Origin: Planktothrix sp. GU0601_MAG3
GTDB lineage: Bacteria > Cyanobacteriota > Cyanobacteriia > Cyanobacteriales > Microcoleaceae
Length of the DNA stretch: 64,000 bases
Assembly: GCA_035193785.1 (NCBI GenBank)
Contig: CP136572.1
Coordinates: 2,996,578-3,060,577, forward strand
Direction: 5' to 3'
Part shown: positions 35,468-47,113 of the stretch, piece by piece
Position numbering within the stretch: the first letter of the stretch is position 1
Layout of the letters: every line of letters begins with the position of its first letter
Position numbers and translations under genes: made by a program
Notes under the pieces: model-generated
Told to the model about the DNA's origin: nothing
Seen by the model: only the letters and a program-made list of their open reading frames with translations
Databases searched by the model: none

Positions 35468-36814
35468 ATGCACTCCAACTCATTCAAGGAAACCACCATA
35501 CTAATTGTCGATGATAGCCCAACAAACCTTAATTTATTATCAGGTTTCATTGAGAATTGTGGCTGGAGAATTTTGATTGCAAACCATAGCAATCAAGCAA
35601 TTCAAGTTGCGGAAACTGAACAACCTGATTTGATTTTATTAGATGTGGTAATGCCCGAAACCGATGGGTTTGAAACCTGCAAATACCTCAAAAGTCATGC
35701 TTCAACCTATGATATTCCGATCATTTTTATGACCGCAGTGGCGGATGATTTAGAGAAGGTTAGGGGATTATCAATCGGGGCTGTGGATTATATTACTAAA
35801 CCGTTTAAGGCCGAAGAAGTTATTGCTAGGATAAAAATTCATTTGAAAATTAGCTCTTTAACACAACAATTATTAGAAAAAAATCAAGAATTAGAGCAGC
35901 GAGTTTTAGAACGAACGGCCGAATTATCTCAAGTATTAGAAGATTTAAAACAGTCTCAAATGCAATTGGTACAAAGCGAAAAAATGTCAACTTTAGGACA
36001 TTTAATTGCCGGAGTAGCCCATGAAATTAATAATCCGATTAACTTTATTGCAGGTAATTTGAATCATGCTAATATTTATATTAAGGATTTAATTCAGCAT
36101 TTAAAACTGTATCAAAGTTATTATCCTAATGTCGATGATTCTATTCTTGCCCATGCTGAATCTATTGATTTAGACTATTTAATTGAAGATTTACCTAAAT
36201 TGATTTCTTCTATGAAATTAGGGACGGATCGGATTTCTAATATTAGTACCAGTTTACGCACTTTTTCCAGGAGTGATATTAAGGTTCAAGTCCCTTTTAA
36301 TATTCATGATGGGTTAGAAAGTACCCTATTAATCCTGAAACATTTATTACAAGCAACCGATCACCGTCCCGATATTAAAGTGATTAAAAAGTATGGTCAA
36401 ATGCCTTTAGTTGACTGTTATCCAGGGCAATTAAATCAGGTTTTTATGAATTTAATTAATAATGCTATTGATGCCTTAAATGAATCCAGTGCCACTAAAT
36501 CCTATCAAGAATTACTACAACATCCAAATCAAATTATTATTTCAACCTATCTGGTTTCTAATAGTCGGGCTGTTGCTGTTTCTATCCGGGATAATGGTAC
36601 AGGAATGTCTGAAGATACTAAAAAATGTGCCTTTGATTATTTATTTACCACTAAACCCGTAGGAAAAGGCACGGGACTGGGACTATCTATTAGTCGCAAG
36701 ATTATTGAAGATACCCACAAAGGGCGATTATTATGTCATTCTCAGTTAGGAAAAGGATCGGAATTTATTATCGAGATTCCAATTTGTAAAGAATTAGGAA
36801 TCAGTAATCAGTAA
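35468..36814 (+). CDS. Hybrid receiver-histidine kinase
   Basis: N-terminal receiver; GVAHEINNP H-box, N box, FTTKPVGKGTGLGL. Confidence 0.95.
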   Translation: MHSNSFKETTILIVDDSPTNLNLLSGFIENCGWRILIANHSNQAIQVAETEQPDLILLDVVMPETDGFETCKYLKSHASTYDIPIIFMTAVADDLEKVRGLSIGAVDYITKPFKAEEVIARIKIHLKISSLTQQLLEKNQELEQRVLERTAELSQVLEDLKQSQMQLVQSEKMSTLGHLIAGVAHEINNPINFIAGNLNHANIYIKDLIQHLKLYQSYYPNVDDSILAHAESIDLDYLIEDLPKLISSMKLGTDRISNISTSLRTFSRSDIKVQVPFNIHDGLESTLLILKHLLQATDHRPDIKVIKKYGQMPLVDCYPGQLNQVFMNLINNAIDALNESSATKSYQELLQHPNQIIISTYLVSNSRAVAVSIRDNGTGMSEDTKKCAFDYLFTTKPVGKGTGLGLSISRKIIEDTHKGRLLCHSQLGKGSEFIIEIPICKELGISNQ

Positions 36815-36854
36815 TCAGTAATCAGTATAGAGACGCGCCATGGCGAGTCTCTAC
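36799..36854. repeat. (AATCAGT)n heptamers plus REP-like palindrome
   Basis: Heptamers overlap the kinase stop; TAGAGACGCGCCATGGCGAGTCTCTAC at 36828. Confidence 0.8.
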
Positions 36855-36889
36855 TATCAGACCCGACATAGGAATTAAAGCCAAAAATA

Positions 36890-38372
36890 ATGACTGATAC
36901 AAAATATAAATTTCAATTCAAAGTATCAAGTTTTACTTTGGGAATGATCTCAATATTTATTGGATCTATTCTTTTAAGATTTTGGGGTTTAGACCGATTT
37001 AATAGTCTGGTTTTTGATGAAGTTTATTATGCCAAATTCGCCAATAATTATTTAACTCAAACTCCTTTTTTTAATTCCCATCCTCCCCTGGGTCAATATT
37101 TAATTGCCATGGGAATTTGGCTCGGATCTAAATTACCCTTCGGACAAGAAACCATTAATAACTTAACAGGTTCGACCCTATCCACTTGGAGTTATCGGTG
37201 GTTTAATGCTTTATTTGGCTCGTTTATTCCTTTAATTGTAGGGGCGATCGCCTATCAACTTACCCAACGTCGTAGCTATACTTTAATTGCCACCTTATTA
37301 ATGGCAACAGATGGATTATTTATCGTAGAATCTCGCTATGCTCTGAGTAATATTTATATTGTATTTTTTGGATTATTAGGACAACTATTTTTTTTAAAAG
37401 CTTTATATAAACAAGGAATTAACCGTTGGTTTTGGATGGTTTTAGCAGGAATCGGATTAGGAGCAGCCGCCCTAACTAAATGGAATGGATTAGGATTTTT
37501 ATTGGGAATTTATTTAATCTTAATAGTCTCTGGATTGGTTCAATATTTTACCAAAAATTCAAACCAATTAATCCCAGAAACATCCTTTAAATCTCCCTTG
37601 CAGAATCTAAATAAACTCACCCCAATTATTATTCTAGTTACCTTAATTATTATTCCTATTATGGTTTATTGGATTGGTTGGCTTCCCCATTTACAACAAA
37701 ATCCAGATCCGCCCTTTTGGGGTCTGCAAGCCAAAATTTGGGCTTATCATCACGACTTGGGAGATGGGGCAAAAGTTCATCCCTACTGTTCTAAATGGTA
37801 CAGTTGGATTCTGATGTTACGACCCATTGCCTATTTTTATCAGAAAGTTGATGGAAACAACTCCCCTTGATCCGACTTTACCCTTAATTGATCCCGATCA
37901 ACTTCCCATTGTTTATTCAGTTTATGCGATGGGAAATCCCTTTTTATGGTGGTTATCTACCTTAGCCAGTCTGTTATTATGTGGGATGTTAATTCAACGA
38001 GTTTGGATAGCTTTATCTGTAAGATTTTCCTCTTTAAGACCTAGATTATCCCTGGAATTTCCGCCGACACCGGAACTGTGGTTGGCTCTATTTTTAAGTT
38101 TGAATTGGTTAGCAAATTTATTACCCTGGGTGAGAGTCACTCGCTGTTTATTTATTTATCACTATATGACCGGATTTGTGTTTAGCTGTATGGCTTTGGC
38201 TTGGTGGTTAGAAAGATGGTTATATAGTCAGAACCAAAAATTTCGGTGGCTAGGAGGTGTGGGTATATTCCTGGTTTTATTTGGTTTTTTCTATTGGATG
38301 CCCTTATATTTAGGACTGCCTTTGTCCCCTTCACAATGGAAACTGCGGATGTGGTTTCCATCTTGGGTTTAG
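36890..38372 (+). CDS. Dolichyl-phosphate-mannose--protein mannosyltransferase family (GT39) (+1 error at 37854)
   Basis: VFDEVYY, HPPLG, KWNG, HPYCSKWYSW, FIYHY. Confidence 0.9.
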
Positions 38373-38534
38373 TTTTTGGAATTGATCATAATTCAGAACA
38401 GAAGGTGAGATTAATCACATAAATTGGTAATAATGATCACAAATAATCTTGACAGATATTGCGGAAAGTAAAAGCTGGATAGTGAATACTTGTAATAGGT
38501 TCTAAAAATAATAGGTTCTAAAAAATATTATCTT

Positions 38535-38759
38535 ATGAATACCAATAATTCCGATCCTAAACAATATTCTGTACTAGAAGCCCAACAAAAACAATTAGAT
38601 GCGATCGCGAAACTGGCGGTTTTAAGTTTAACGTGGTCTTTGGTGGGCCTATCCAAAGAAAATAGACCTGCCGCCAACCCCAAAAGGGCTGTTTCTGAAA
38701 TCCATATCAACTTGTCTGGACTCAAAGATGGGGTTTCTCCCTCTGAGTTGCCCCCATAA
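38535..38759 (+). CDS. Small hypothetical protein
   Basis: ATG-started 74-aa ORF in a gene-sized gap; no family recognised. Confidence 0.45.
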   Translation: MNTNNSDPKQYSVLEAQQKQLDAIAKLAVLSLTWSLVGLSKENRPAANPKRAVSEIHINLSGLKDGVSPSELPP

Positions 38760-38857
38760 GCTGAGGCCATCTAAGTTTTAGGGAACGGTATGATCTGGGG
38801 CAAGGACATATTAAACTAAATTATGGATTGGTTAATACCCCAAGGAGAACACCGGAC

Positions 38858-39065
38858 GTGGCAATCGAAATTGGTCAAAGAGTCAAGATTCGTCGAGTCA
38901 TAGAGCGAGTCCCTGCCGATATTATCGCTCAACTCAAGCAAAATCCTTTTGGAACTGTCAAAGGCTTCAAAATGGTGGATGGGAGTGGAGTTGGTTTTAT
39001 TGTCCAACTCGATAATAAAGCAGCAACTTGGTTCTTTGAAGATGAAACTAGAAGTTTCTCGTTAA
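38858..39065 (+). CDS. petP: Cytochrome b6f subunit PetP (DUF2862) (+1 error at 39044)
   Basis: EIGQRVKI.R, GFKMVDGSGVG, TWFFEDEL; GTG start with AGGAG RBS. Confidence 0.85.
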
Positions 39066-39264
39066 TATTCCCTGACTGTGGGGGACGGGAAATATTAAGA
39101 GGATGATCTGCAAGTTTGGCTTCGGGCTATTGTGGATCATCCCCTTGATTTTTGGAAATTGTTGAAAAACAGGGAACACCGGAACACCGGATCTGGGGTA
39201 ATACTTCTGACTGTTTCATGTCAGTATTGAAATGTTACAACCTCCGTCTCGAAGGCGCGGATTG

Positions 39265-39741
39265 CTATATATGACTATTATCGGAATCGGGTAAATAATC
39301 AATGTTTAGTGTTTCCTCAATAGAAAATGGACAATTTTCAGGAAAAGAAGAACGGGGTAAACCTGTTTCTGCGGCTGCTAATTTCTTAGCACCTTGATAA
39401 CATTGTATAAAAATATTTTCTAAAAATGGTTTGAGACTGGGACTGTTTTCGAGTGTATCTTCAATCCTTTGACGATGCTCAATGATGGTATATTGCCAAA
39501 TATTAGAACGTTTTTCTGGCTGAAATCTATATTTCAGTAAGTGCATTAATAAAATCCTTAGATTACTTTTTAAGGCATTTTTATCATTTTTTCCCATACT
39601 GTCTAATTCTTCAATTAAATTTTGACAATCTAATTCTTCAAAATGTTTGCTTTCTAGTAATTGAATCGTTTGCTGTACCCATAAATGGAAATCTTGTTCA
39701 TAAAGTTGGTTGAGTTTGAGTGATAATTCAGAGTTCATCAA
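39265..39741 (-). CDS. DUF29-family protein
   Basis: LYEQDFHLW, NLIEEL, HLLK, SPSLK, FPENCPF. Confidence 0.92.
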   Translation of the reverse strand: MMNSELSLKLNQLYEQDFHLWVQQTIQLLESKHFEELDCQNLIEELDSMGKNDKNALKSNLRILLMHLLKYRFQPEKRSNIWQYTIIEHRQRIEDTLENSPSLKPFLENIFIQCYQGAKKLAAAETGLPRSSFPENCPFSIEETLNIDYLPDSDNSHI

Positions 39742-39845
39742 ATTAGCTCCTTGATGAGTTGAAAATATACCGGATTGCCGTATACCTATTCTAATTGTTT
39801 TGTTGTAGGATCAAGTTTCCATGAACGAGATTAGGAAAATCATAA

Positions 39846-40940
39846 ATGGCCTTAACATTAACATTTTTGGGTAAGGGGGGTACGGGTCGGACAACACTGG
39901 CGATCGCAGCCGCTCAACAATTAGCCGCCAGTGGGAAGCGGGTATTATTAGTGGGACAAGATGGCAGTCCCGCCTGGAATATCCTGCTAGAAACGGAAGT
40001 GGGGTGTGATCCAACGGAAATCGCCACCCATTTGAAAGCCGTGCAATTGAAAAGTGCCGTGTTACTCGAACGCAGTTGGGAGGAAGTGAAGAAGCTGGAA
40101 ACCCAATATGTTCGTACCCCATTTTTTAGGAATGTTTATGGTCAGGAATTGGGGGTTTTGCCTGGGATGGATAGCGCCCTGGCCCTCAATGCCATTCGTG
40201 AATATGATGCCAGTGGCGAATATGATGTAATTGTTTATGATGGGTTAGCCAGTCAAGATACCTTGAGAATGTTAGGAATGCCAGAGATTTTAAGCTGGTA
40301 TTTACGCCGTTTTCGGAATGTATTTATGGAGTCGGATTTAGGAAAAAACCTCTCTCCTTTTGTGCAACCGATAGCTAGTAGTATTCTGAATATTGATATT
40401 TCTGGAGATACTTTTGCCCAACCGACTCAAGACATGAATAATATCTTGGAGCAGGGGAAAACGGCGGTATCCGATCCCCGACGGGTGGCGGCTTATTTAG
40501 TTAGTACCCAAGATGAATTGGCGATCGCCACGGCCAGATATTTATGGGGAAGCGCACAACAGGCGGGACTGACCGTGGGTGGGGTGCTGTTAAACCAAAC
40601 ATCGCTGACAGAGGCGATCACCGAAGCCTTTGATCCGTTAAAAGTCAGTGTCATTCCCCCCCGTTCGGGTCAAAGTTGGCAACCTCTGATCGAGTCTTTA
40701 CCCGATTTTACCCAGGCTGGGTTAGCTCCCAAACCAATCAGCATTGATGTGGCACAACGCAAGGTAAACCTGTTTCTGCCCAGTTTTGATAAAAAACAAG
40801 TCAAGCTAACGCAATACGGCCCAGAAGTCACGATAGAAGCCGGAGATCAGCGGCGGAATATCTTTCTTCCCCCAGCCTTGACCGGAAAACCCGTAACTGG
40901 AGCCAAGTTTCAAAACGGTTATTTAACAATTAGCTTTTAA
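39846..40940 (+). CDS. ArsA/Get3d-type ATPase with C-terminal alpha-crystallin-like domain
   Basis: FLGKGGTGRTT; LPGMD; EVTIEAGDQRRNIFLP. Confidence 0.88.
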   Translation: MALTLTFLGKGGTGRTTLAIAAAQQLAASGKRVLLVGQDGSPAWNILLETEVGCDPTEIATHLKAVQLKSAVLLERSWEEVKKLETQYVRTPFFRNVYGQELGVLPGMDSALALNAIREYDASGEYDVIVYDGLASQDTLRMLGMPEILSWYLRRFRNVFMESDLGKNLSPFVQPIASSILNIDISGDTFAQPTQDMNNILEQGKTAVSDPRRVAAYLVSTQDELAIATARYLWGSAQQAGLTVGGVLLNQTSLTEAITEAFDPLKVSVIPPRSGQSWQPLIESLPDFTQAGLAPKPISIDVAQRKVNLFLPSFDKKQVKLTQYGPEVTIEAGDQRRNIFLPPALTGKPVTGAKFQNGYLTISF

Positions 40941-40951
40941 TCAGTCATCAT

Positions 40952-41132
40952 GTAGAGACGTGCCATGGCGCGTCTCCAATGGCGCGTCTCCAATGGCTCG
41001 TCTCCAATGGCTCGTCTCCAATGGCGCGTCTCCAATGGCGCGTCTCCAATGGCTCGTCTCCAATGGCTCGTCTCCAATGGCGCGTCTCCAATGGCGCGTC
41101 TCCAATGGCGCGTCTCCAATGGCGCGTCTCCA
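40952..41132. repeat. REP palindrome whose 14-bp arm ATGGC(G/T)CGTCTCCA is tandemly repeated 12 times
   Basis: Units from 40965 to 41132, no spacers. Confidence 0.95.
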
Positions 41133-41154
41133 GCAGTCATCTCACCTATTACTC

Positions 41155-41207
41155 ATTCGTAATTCGTAATTCGTAATTCGTAATTCGTAATTCGTAATTC
41201 GTAATTC
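41155..41207. repeat. (ATTCGTA)7 STRR heptamer
   Basis: Seven perfect units. Confidence 0.95.
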
Positions 41208-41218
41208 CCTTAAACGAA

Positions 41219-41614
41219 TTATTGATGGGGATCGGAATAATAGGAATCCGGTAAAAACTCGACTTGAGGATCAATATTTTGACCATTTAAGTTTAATTTA
41301 TCACCAATAGTAACAGCAAGTCCGAGGAATAAAAGACTACTAATAATGGCCAAAAGTGGTAATCCCCGGGTTAAACTTAAATCCCGTCGAATGCGGGCAA
41401 AGGGATGACTTTGGCGTCGGAGCATTTGGGCAACGGCACATTGCTGGAGACAAAAGGGATCTCGCACATAATGACCACTATGACTCATGACAAAATGGGT
41501 ATGGCAGTGGGGGCAAGTAAAGAGTCCACCTAACATTCCAATTGAGGGCAAAATGCTAGTATGATGGCAAATTGGGCAGGTAACAGAATGGGTGTTAAAG
41601 GTATCTGCGTTCAT
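41219..41614 (-). CDS. Hypothetical protein: two CxxC motifs plus C-terminal TM
   Basis: CPIC, CPHC, SGHYVRDPF, hydrophobic segment; start uncertain. Confidence 0.7.
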   Translation of the reverse strand: MNADTFNTHSVTCPICHHTSILPSIGMLGGLFTCPHCHTHFVMSHSGHYVRDPFCLQQCAVAQMLRRQSHPFARIRRDLSLTRGLPLLAIISSLLFLGLAVTIGDKLNLNGQNIDPQVEFLPDSYYSDPHQ

Positions 41615-41870
41615 AATAACTGGACTCAAACGTAGAAAATTAAAGGTTTGTCGAAACTTGGGAACACTGTAACAGCTTGGGCAGTGAGTTATCTTCGTTG
41701 CTTTCTATCACTTCTAGTCTACCTCTAAGGTAGGAGAGTTTATCAAGGAGAAACATTAATATTTGTAGAGCAAAAACCACCCACCCTCAACTCCGACCCA
41801 AGAGGGGCGATAAATCAGTTAAACTTTATTCAGAGATTTTGAACATCGCAAAAAGGGGTTTGGGCATCGC

Positions 41871-44800
41871 ATGGAAAAACCAGTCAGTGGTTCCGCTATG
41901 CTGGGACAGGGGGTGCTACGGGGGCTAAATCTCCGTCAAGAGGAAGTAGAAAGAACCCTACTGATGTTTTTGGTCTACACCTTAGCGTCCGTAGGGTTAA
42001 TTTGGTTAGAACTCAGTACCGTGGGTTTATTCCTGGATGAATACGGTGCGGATAAGTTGCCTTGGATCTATATCGCCAGTGCGGGGATGGGTTTCGGGCT
42101 TGGGTTTTGTTTATTCGTCGCTGCAAAAGGTTTTTCCCTTACGTCAAGCGATTGTTATGATCTTTGTGATCATGGCAATACCCCTATTTTTATTTCGTTG
42201 GGGACTGGGATTATCCGATATCAAAATATTAGGGTTAAGTCTTCAATTTATTACCCTATTTTTAATGTGGTTATGGGTAGAAGCGTCTTATGTTCTCAAC
42301 GACTTAAATAATGCAATCACCGCTAATCAACTATTTAATATTCGAGAAATTAAACGCACCTATCCGATTATTAGTAGTGGATTTCTAGTTGCTGGGGTGG
42401 TTAGTGGGTTTTCCCTCCCCCTGCTATTAAAAGTGGTGGGACTCAATAACGTTACTTTGGTTTCTGGGGTGATGGTACTCCTAGCCGCCATAATTTTATT
42501 TTATCTATCCCAACGCTACGGTCAATCCTTCCCCGACTCCACGCGCTGGACACCGGAAGATGAAGAACAAGAATTTAGTACCCGCAATCTCAAGGGCCCG
42601 GTGTTGGGTTATGTAATTCCCCTAGTCTCGTTTTTTGTTCTAGCAGAAGCCCTATATGTATTAGTAGATTTTCAATTTTTTAGTCAATTAGAATTTCAAA
42701 GTGATACGGCCGGAGCCAGTGGTATTGTTAGCTTCCTGGGAATCTTTGAAGGGATTTTGAGTGTGGCCCAGGTCTTAACTCAGTGGTTTGGATCTAGCCG
42801 ATTAGTTGAACGCACGGGAGTCTTTTTCACCGCCATTGTTTTACCCGTAGGGGTGATTATTTTAGGAACTATATCCTTAATTGGGGGAATCACTGGCATA
42901 TTCTCGGTATTTTTAGGATTTGTGATCCTACGATTTTTGGATGAGTTATTCCATTACACCTTAATTGAAACCACCGGAGCCGTCCTGTTCCAACCGTTGC
43001 CCGATCACGTTCGCAGCGATATTCAATCAATGGTGAACGGGGTATTTGAACCGATGTCTACGGGGGTGACCGGGGTACTGATTTTAATTACCCTCTGGGT
43101 CTCCCGGTTTATTTTTCCTGAATCGACCGAAACCCAGTTACAAAGTCAGCAGGGATTAATGTTCGTCGGTCTGATCATCCTCATGGCCGTGGTTTGGCTA
43201 TTGGTGGTTTGGTTAATTCGTGCCCAATATGTCAGTTTACTGGTTCGCAGCGCGGAACGGGGGCGGCTGAGTGTCTCGGATATTGATATGCCCCAACTCA
43301 AGCGGAATGTGGTGGAAACCCTGAAAAAACCTGGAGAAGAGGCGGATAAACGCTCCTGTATTGAACTCCTGAGTCAACTGGATGCGAAAAACGTGGGTGA
43401 AACCCTGGTTCCCCTCCTGGGTAGTCTTTCCCCGGGGTTACAGCGTCAGAGCTTGGAAATTATGCTCAACCACCCCAATCCGGCCTATTTGGAGGAAATC
43501 CGAGCTTTTACCCAGGGGAATTTACCCCCGGAAGTTCTGGCCCTGGCTTTGCGATACCTGTGGTTAACCGAAACCAGTCCCGATATTGAACAGTTGCGCC
43601 CCTATCTCCAACCCCAGGTTGATCCGGTGGTGCGGGGAAACGGCCGGGGCCTTGATTTTGCGTCGAGGCGATCGCGAACAAAAAGCCGCGGCCACTAATA
43701 CTATCCGACGGATGATTACCAACAGCCAAGAACGGGAACGGGTGATGGGAGTCCGCGCCCTGGGGGAAGCCGATTATTTACAAGGACTGCGGCTCTATCT
43801 GAACGATTTATTACAGGATGAATCTTTGCGGGTGCGTTGTGCCTTATTAGACGTAATCGCCTCTACCCATTTGGAAGAATACTATCCCTCTTTAATGAAA
43901 GCCCTAGCCTATCGTTCGACAAGAGATACAGCTTTACAGGCTTTAGTGAGGTTAGGAAATGAGGCAATTCCCCTGTTAATCCAGCAGGCTAGTGATATCT
44001 ATAAGCCGGATTTGGTGCGGTTACAGGCTTGGACAGCCCTGGGCGAAATTGGTACTACCGAAGCCTTGGATACTTTGACCGGTGAATTGATGATTTCCTG
44101 GGGAACTACCCGGCGCAATATCCTGAGAATTTTACTAAAAATTCCTCAAGATGCGGGAATTGAAGGAGTATTAGATCGGGTCGGACGCACCGGGGTAGAA
44201 ATTTTAATTGAACAGGAATTAATGTTCATCGGTCAAATTTATGCGGCTTTGCTAGATTTGTCCCTGGAAAAACCTATCCCGTCGGTATCAGAGGATGAAG
44301 ATTCAGACACCTTTGATCCCTTCGATCCGGTTGTCCCTGATATTCATGCTCCCCAACAGTTATTAAAACGCGCCCTGGAAGGATTAGAAATTGATGCGGT
44401 GGATCGTTGCTTTTTATTAATGAAGTTTTTATATCCCCATGACTCCATTCAAGCAGCATCCTTTAATGTTCAGTCAAATTCTTCTTCTAATGTGGCGCGG
44501 GGGTTGGAAATTCTTGATAATATTGTTGATATTGCCCATAAACGGGCCTTAATTAGCATTCTCGATCAGCACTCTAAATTGGAGAAATTGCAAAATTTAT
44601 CTGATTTAGTTAGCTATCAACCCTTGAAACCGAGCGATCGCCTACGCCGTTTATTAGAGTTACGCCATTTTCTCTCGGACTGGGCCTTGGCCTGTTGTTT
44701 CCATGTCGCCAAAAGCTCCCGATGGAGTTTAACGGCTGAACAGGCTTTGATGTGCTTACGTCATCCCACCGGGTTTGTTCGAGAAGCAGTCTTAGCATAT

Positions 44801-44917
44801 CTAAAGATTGCCTCTCAACGGGCTTTGATAGAATTATTACCAATGCTACAAAATGATCCCGATCGTTTAGTCGCAAACCAAGTTGAGGAGTTAATGGTGC
44901 AGCTTGGGGTCAAGTAG
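41871..44917 (+). CDS. NTT/TLC-like MFS transporter fused to HEAT repeats (+1 errors at 42091, 43637)
   Basis: LFLDEYGADKLPWIYI, NQLFNIREIKRTYP, many TMs, then HEAT-like repeats; 1014 aa after repair. Confidence 0.8.
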
Positions 44918-45037
44918 TGATAGGGATTACAGAGTGCGGAGTACAGGCTACAGAAGTTAAGATTTCCCCCCTGTTTCCGGTACTCCCCGTTCCCTGTTCC
45001 CTCCTGGAAGTGAATTTTTTAATTTTTTAGTAAACCT

Positions 45038-45523
45038 ATGTTAACTAGCGTTGAACGCCTTTTATTTGTCAGGGGTGTCCCAATTTTTAAAGAATTGCGA
45101 GACGATTTTTTAGTCCGTCTAGCATCGGTTATGGATGAATTATCCTTTCCCAGTGAACATAGTATTTTTACTGAAGGTCAAGAGGGGCGAGCGCTTTATA
45201 TTGTGGTTTCTGGACGGGTGCGGGTTCATATTGGCGATCGCAATTTGGCCGAATTAGGAAAGGGGACTTGTTTTGGTGAAATGTCTCTCTTTGATGCTGA
45301 ACCTCGCTCCGCCACCGTCAGCACCCTGGAAACCTGCGAATGTTTGATCTTAACCCAAATGCAACTCTATGATGCCATTGATGAAACCCCGGGAATTGCG
45401 ATTAATATTATTCGTTTATTATCTCGACGCATTCGAGAACTAAATCAGAAATTAAACCCTCCTACCCCTCCCCCCACCGTCGATGGGAATAAGGTTATTG
45501 AACTGCGATCGTCGGCGGGATAG
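45038..45523 (+). CDS. Stand-alone cyclic nucleotide-binding domain protein
   Basis: IFTEGQEG..LYIVVSG, FGEMSLFDAEPRSA; no HTH. Confidence 0.92.
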   Translation: MLTSVERLLFVRGVPIFKELRDDFLVRLASVMDELSFPSEHSIFTEGQEGRALYIVVSGRVRVHIGDRNLAELGKGTCFGEMSLFDAEPRSATVSTLETCECLILTQMQLYDAIDETPGIAINIIRLLSRRIRELNQKLNPPTPPPTVDGNKVIELRSSAG

Positions 45524-45568
45524 TCTGTTAGGAGGAATTTTCAGGAGGATAAACGTTCAAAAACCTAT

Positions 45569-46495
45569 ATGCCTAATCTTGAAAAAAACTGGTTTCAGTT
45601 AACACTCCGCATTCAAAGTTCCGTAATTCCAGCAATTATGCCCCGTGTGATTTTATGTACAACATTGGGCATTATTATTTCTCTATTAGATCATCATAGT
45701 TTACCCCTATCTACCGAGGTATTTAGTTATTTTATTTTTCCTGATTTAGTTCTGGGTTTATTGTTGGTTTTTAGAACAAATACAGCCTATGATCGATTTT
45801 GGGAAGGTCGAAAACTTTGGGGAACTTTAGTTAATACCGTGAGAAATTTTTCCCGTCAAATCTGGTTAATGGTTCCCGAAAAAGATGTTGATGATACCAA
45901 TGATAAAATCGCCACATTAAAACTATTAGTTGCTTTTGCCGTAGCAACTAAACTTCATTTAAGGGCGGAGAAAGTTAATCAAGAAATTGAAGATTTAACC
46001 ACCTCAGAACAGTATACAAAACTGCAAACAATTAATCATCCTCCTCTGGAAATTGCCTTTTGGATTGGAGATTATTTACAGGATAAAAATAAACATCATC
46101 ACCTTCATATCTACCAACTAACCGCTTTATATAAATTCTTAGATACCATGGTTGATGTTTTAGGTAGTTGCGAACGAATTGCTAAAACTCCTCTACCTTT
46201 AGCTTATCAAATTCATCTACAACAAATTTTATTAATTTATTGTTTGATTTTACCCTTAAAAATAGTCAATAATTTAGGACTATTTACCGGGTTAATCGTA
46301 GCAATTATGACCTTTACCCTATTGGGAATTGAGGAAATTGCCCGCCAAATTGAAAATCCCTTTGGTCACGATGAAAATGATTTACAACTGGATGCAATTT
46401 GTCAAGCAATGTTAAAAAGTATTCAAGATTTAATTTCTCTCCCCCCCAGTGTTCAGACCTATGAACAAGAAACCAAAGGTGAACTTAATGAATGA
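45569..46495 (+). CDS. Bestrophin-family ion channel
   Basis: LLLVFRTNTAYDRFWEGRKLWG, CERI..TPLP, IENPFG.DENDL. Confidence 0.93.
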   Translation: MPNLEKNWFQLTLRIQSSVIPAIMPRVILCTTLGIIISLLDHHSLPLSTEVFSYFIFPDLVLGLLLVFRTNTAYDRFWEGRKLWGTLVNTVRNFSRQIWLMVPEKDVDDTNDKIATLKLLVAFAVATKLHLRAEKVNQEIEDLTTSEQYTKLQTINHPPLEIAFWIGDYLQDKNKHHHLHIYQLTALYKFLDTMVDVLGSCERIAKTPLPLAYQIHLQQILLIYCLILPLKIVNNLGLFTGLIVAIMTFTLLGIEEIARQIENPFGHDENDLQLDAICQAMLKSIQDLISLPPSVQTYEQETKGELNE

Positions 46496-46591
46496 TATGA
46501 TATAGCAGTCGCCAAGGAAGTTAAAACTCCTACTGATTCCGAAACCTAGACTTGTACTCCTCCAATTCGTAATTCGTAATTCCCTGTTCCC

Positions 46592-46930
46592 TTATTCTTG
46601 AATAATCCTAAAAATGAAAGGATAGGAATAGGGTTGATCAGGATTAGAAACAACAGAAACAATCGCCAAAATCGGCATAACTAAACTAAAAACCCCCAAA
46701 ATTACTAATAAAGGAAACCCAATTAATAAAAAGGTGAGCATTCCAAATACAAACGCATAAAGATATAAGTTAATATGAAAGTTTAAGGATTCTCTGGCAT
46801 TGGCTTTGACAACTGAATCTTTGACTAAAAATAAAATAGCAATGGGAATACCAATGGCGACGAAAGTAGCACTAAAGAAGATTGCGCCATGACTCAGTGC
46901 CGATAGAATCAGTCGTTTATCTCGTTCCAT
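46592..46930 (-). CDS. DUF4870-family membrane protein
   Basis: SALSH, NARESLNFH, YSYPFIFR. Confidence 0.85.
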   Translation of the reverse strand: MERDKRLILSALSHGAIFFSATFVAIGIPIAILFLVKDSVVKANARESLNFHINLYLYAFVFGMLTFLLIGFPLLVILGVFSLVMPILAIVSVVSNPDQPYSYPFIFRIIQE

Positions 46931-47113
46931 GAGAATAACTCCTTCAAGGTTAATTTATCTATTATAATATGTTTCTGGCTGATTAAACACTATTAATTTT
47001 TTTTCATTAATTTCCTTGGTATAATGTAGAATTGCCATATCTGCAATTACTATACATAAATAAATTATTGTGTAATAATCATAGACTATGCAATTTAAAA
47101 CTAGGAACTGAAT

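Noticed and set aside
40965..41132. CRISPR array
   Set aside because: 14-bp units are contiguous with no spacers, there are no cas genes, and the unit derives from the adjacent REP.
40937..41176. Four short repetitive ORFs
   Set aside because: They are translations of the 14-bp repeat in several frames.
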